Origin: Yuukianura sp. NJ FZ-2021
Lineage: Eukaryota
DNA length: 64,000 nt
Direction: 5' to 3'
Assembly: GCA_046563655.1 (NCBI GenBank)
Contig: CM102284.1
Location: 1,798,001-1,862,000, forward strand
The notes beneath the pieces were generated by a model, which did no database searches, was not told the DNA's origin, and worked only from the letters and a program-made list of their open reading frames with translations. This document shows, piece after piece, positions 59,726-64,000 of this stretch. The translations under genes and the position numbers were made by a program. Position 1 is the first letter of the stretch. Each line of letters starts with the position of its first letter.

Positions 59726-62700
59726 CTAATTTTTAGTACAAGAGACATTGCTCAACAGTAGTGCTAATTCCGCACGAAACTTCTTTCCAAGTAAGAAGTA
59801 AAATACAAAATTGGTAGATGAATTGATGATGATTGGAATTGAAGAAAATACTTCAATATCTTTTGGATCGTAGTTCCCAAAAGATACAAAAATCCAAATT
59901 ATTGATCCATTTGCAATGTTGCATAAAACGAAACAAATGCTAACACAAAGCAGCATGGCGGTCAACGCTGCAGTGTCACTTGACCTATCCCCTTGAGAAC
60001 TAAGCGATCCGCGTTTTGCAGCAGCTCTCCGTACCTGCAATTTTGTAAAATATTTGAATACATGCATATTTAAATCAACCAAAAACAAAATTGTGCGGTT
60101 TAGGTAATTGGTGTTGGAGTAATTGCGTTACCTTAATGAGAATTCTTATGTTGAGGTAAATGAGGAGTGGTATAGGGATGCCGTACATCAGAAATGTCCA
60201 CATGTACCCATGGTACAACCGTCGGTACATTCGTTGTTGCAAAATATTTGGCCGATTGTAGTTTCGAACGAGAGTGAAATAGAAAATGCCATCTTCGAAT
60301 TCCGTCATGTCAGAACGGATTGTTGACTCGGCATTTTCAAACCACCGGGGCAGATTAAGGAGAACCGCCGCAACAAGAATTATGGTACACATCACCACTG
60401 CTTTCTTTTTGCTCGTCCAGTTACGAATTTTCAATGGATAGCACACTGCTGCGAAACGTTCCAGTGTCAACAATATGGTGACGTATACGGATCCACTGTA
60501 AGCTAAAAATTTAATATACAATGGTAAGTTCCCGGTCAATATAGTTATTACCCGGTATTTACCGGGTAACAATGGAAATTTGTGTGTTTTAATGAAACAA
60601 GTTTGTTCCTGTTACACATTTTTGGTGTGCTAGAAACGTCGTTGTGTTTAAAAAGACTATTGATATGACTTTGTCCGTCTGTCTATCTGTCGGTTTTTTT
60701 GTTACCGTTTGCATTGAAACATAATAGTGCCACTAACTTTAATTATCCAAACCTAACATAGTTTACGCATGGTTCATTTGACCGATGGTCATTCTTCTGT
60801 AACATAAAACCAATGCTATGGTACGCACCACCCTTAACTTGTATTGTTATTGAGTAAGGATTTATTTACCTGTTTTTGTCAAAGGATAAATGTAGCTTGA
60901 CAGAATTCCTTCCAGGAAAACTGCTGTTTTCAGTGGATTTTCGCCAAGTAATGAAATTTCCGTTGCTGAAGTCGTAAGGAATTGGAAATGATAAATTCCA
61001 AGAAACTGGCTAACAAGTTTGAATCCAAATAATGGCAGAGATGCAGCCAAGGTCAATAGAATTGTGAGGTCAAACAGCCCCAGTGCAATCATAATGCAGC
61101 TTGTTGAAGTCATCATTGCTTTTCTTAGAAGAACGGCAATTGACATAGTGTTTCCAATTATTCCAAAGACGCAGACGGCAAAAACAGTACCGACGTAGGT
61201 ATAAAACCACTTTCTTGTTACTTCGTTATTTTCCTTTGAAATTTCTCCAGAGTAGCGCCAAGTGTTGTTCGTTTTAATCAGTTTCCAAAATTTTGCAAAT
61301 TTTGGAGCCCCCGCTTCGTCGAAAAATTCCTCAACATTTTCATTTCCAAAAGTGTCTCCCGTGGATACTTGCGTGTATAAGTTGGATACCGAAGTGTTTA
61401 GAACTTGCGGAAGAAGAGAATCATTTAGTACTTCGTAAAGGATCATTTTTTGAACGTTGCTGAATACAAACGAAAAGTTCTGCAGCATGTTTGTATCCAG
61501 CTCGCAGGAACCAAGGGTCAACTCGTTCAGCTTTTTAAATTGGAAGTCAGAGCTGAGTGTTATGCTGAAATTTGTTAATGTAAGATCCTCTAGAGTGTCA
61601 CTTGATAACTGGAGTAGAGACATGTCAAAAGTCATCTTCGGGCCTACTTCTGGACCATAAAGGAGTACCATTTCTAGCATCGTTTGACCATACATGACGT
61701 CAAGTCCAAAGAGATTTGCAGGAAACAGTGAGTTTTGTATGGTTACTTGGATCAGTGACTTTGAGAAGGTTATTCCCGAAGTATTTACGGGACTGTTGAC
61801 AAATTCAATTTCGTTCAACTTGGGCAGAACAATTGGGTTTGTGGCATAAATCAAATTTGCGTCTTCAAAAAGCATTTTTTCCAATAAACTGGTATCAAGC
61901 AAACTCAAGTCGTATGTCGAAGTGGAGTTTTCAAATGTTACTTGATGCAAAATGAGCCTGAAAATAACAAAAGTAAAACTACCAATTACAAAAGTGCTTA
62001 AATTGTTGCGGTGAACCAGAGCTTCACAAATTGTAGTTACTGGATTTATAATCCACATTTTACTTCTCTTTTAGACTAGGGTGTGTATAACGTATATATC
62101 GTATCATTTACTACATATACTACATTCGTATAACTTTATGTACCTTGTAACAGGTTGCCCAGACAGTTTTTGAAACAGGTTTGTAGACGTCCCATTTCTA
62201 AGCACTGAGTTCTTGATTGTAATGTCTTTGACCCCAACACCCCGAAATTTCGAGACGTCAAGTTCCGTTCTAAGAGCATATAGTTTTGTGTAGTTAAAGT
62301 AATGTTGAATATCGTAAGGAATATCGTAGGGGTACAACTCTTGATCATTGTAACTAAAACTTCCTCCCAATTCTGCGTTGACTGAAATATACATCTTGTC
62401 CATATTTGTTGACGTAAAGAAGAAAGTACTATCCCAGAACTCTTCAGAAGAACTGTCAGAAAATGACCATTTTTTGCGTGTAATTCTAACAAAATCTAGA
62501 TTTGGTAGTTCAAGTTTTTCTGAAAATTTTCCTTCCCAAACCACATCAGTAAACAATATACTAGTAAGGTTCACTGATTTTAACTGCGCAGTTAATTGTG
62601 CAGGTTCAAATTCGACTTTTTTCAAATTCAATCCTGTGATGCGAGATTTGTTTGGGTATTTTATTTCGGTAAATTTTTCAAATGGATAATAGTCCAATTC

Positions 62701-62964
62701 TCCAGCAATGACTAGGTCTTCATCCTAAAATTAATATTCAGTTTAAAGTATAACAATTCAAAATATATATTATGTAAATATACAATATTACAATAACTCA
62801 AATTTTGTAGTTGTAAAACTTTGACTTACTACTACAGTTTCTTGCAGAGAATTTACATATCCATCTAATATTAGAACAGTTACGACACAAATTTTGCTTA
62901 GCGTCCCGTCCAACATTATTGCATTTACACAACTATTGAAATTTTGAGGAATTAACTCCAGCAT
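59726..62964 (-). CDS. Rhodopsin-class GPCR, FMRFamide/sex-peptide-receptor-like 7TM, with long LRR-like ectodomain (about 5 exons; both ends uncertain)
   Basis: GIIGNTMSIAVL (TM1), LGLFDL (TM2), SGSVYVTILLTLERFAAVCYPL (TM3), LNLPRWFE, INSSTNFVFYFLLGKKFR (TM7). More than 450 aa upstream contain LxxLxL patterns. Confidence 0.75.
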
Positions 62965-63602
62965 GAATCAAAACGAGTTAAAGAATGACGGAAATTTTCC
63001 AAAGAAGCTTAACTAATTACCATGTCAAAACGAATAAAAAAAAATAAAAAAAAACTACTAATGGTATAAATTAATTAATCTGCACTTTTTTTTCTAAATA
63101 CTCACTTCTCGCTGCTTTAAAATCACTTTTTGCTGATGTTTCTACGTGAGGTCAGAGTGGTTTAGATTTCCTTCTGATTAGACGTTGGCTTCATTTTCAA
63201 AAAATAAAAAATTCGAAGCTCATCACTAATTAGAATACAATTAATGCAGTGGTCACGACGGAACAATACAAAGGCATTCCCTACGTTTTTCCTTTTTATA
63301 CCTTTATATCAGTAATATTTGCAACTACAGGTCACAGTTTAAAAAAAAAGTATACAAAAAAGCACGATTATTGAAAACTTACATCTCAACTGCAATCAAC
63401 ATTTCAAGTTAACGATTTTCATTTCGTTTTTTATTTCTCATTTTGATTTTTATTCCGAATTTTCTTCATTTTTTTTTTTGACTTTCTATAGCTTATAGGT
63501 TTTTTTATTTGTTCATGCGGTAATGTGCATAGTGTTTCAAGAACCAAATTTTAAGAAACAGTTTTTTTTTAAACTGAAGTAAAGTTCGTATCTTTCGAAC
63601 CT

Positions 63603-64000
63603 CTAAATATGGAATTGTTCAGTTGTAGTTTGGGCGTAGTGAAGCACATCTTGCGGCGTAACTGGCCCGTCTAATTGGTGTGGTTAAATTCAAGTATGAC
63701 TTTAATTGTGATTAACTTTTTTTAAGTATTTTATTATTGTACTATTTTTGTTTTTACCGATTTGATACCAATCTGTATTTCCGGCGTCTTTTCGAGCCGA
63801 GTCAATTGCATTCTTGAGAGCAAAGAGTACGCAAACGCTGGCAATGATTCCTGGTTCGCCAGTACCTGATGATATTTAAACAAAATATGTTATAATTACA
63901 TTTTAATAATACAATATATTTTAGTATATTATTTTTTCAAGGTCATTGACCTTTTGTGCCAAGAATCCCTTTGGGGTTAGGTCCGGAACTGAAGAGTTTG
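63603..64000 (-). CDS. Aldehyde oxidase / xanthine dehydrogenase-like molybdoenzyme, last three exons
   Basis: Manual translation: KLFSSGPNPKGILGTK|GTGEPGIIASVCVLFALKNAIDSARKDAGNTDWYQI|DGPVTPQDV...stop, matching the conserved K-x-x-G-E-P C-terminus. Confidence 0.85.

Noticed and set aside
1-64000. tRNA, rRNA, transposase or reverse-transcriptase genes
   Set aside because: None recognised by eye; covariance-model and HMM searches were not run.

Overview
AT-rich, gene-dense eukaryotic DNA with short GT-AG introns; it is not prokaryotic. The gene content points to an invertebrate, most plausibly an arthropod such as a springtail, but that is inference only. Left to right: the 5' end of a carboxylesterase; a TIGAR/PGAM-like histidine phosphatase; a secreted EF-hand protein; four divergent ionotropic-receptor-like genes (one with a nonsense codon just before the last TM helix) interleaved with three DUF5648-like genes and a TA-flanked MITE; a spliced, probably GPI-anchored PHB-depolymerase-like esterase; a 4-TM PPxY protein; an intronless His-less endonuclease-like ORF; a double-knottin peptide; YAE1; FPPS; a stonustoxin/MACPF-like + P-loop GTPase fusion with a deleted tandem copy lacking the pore domain; a chimeric gene that reuses a copy of YAE1 exon 1; three secreted Cys-rich triple-repeat proteins resembling the perivitellin-2 MACPF accessory domain; a nucleoside hydrolase; a coiled-coil protein; an alpha-1,3-fucosyltransferase; a 105-bp tandem array; a Tweedle-like gene with a decayed copy; an intronless bacterial-type bioA with altered substrate-binding residues; a FMRFamide-receptor-like GPCR with a large LRR-like ectodomain; and the 3' end of an aldehyde oxidase/XDH. 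The most interesting candidates are the pore-forming-toxin-like cluster (33-47 kb), the apparently repurposed horizontally acquired bioA, and the surface-anchored PHB depolymerase. All family calls come from motif recognition by eye; no searches were run, and exon boundaries are manual.
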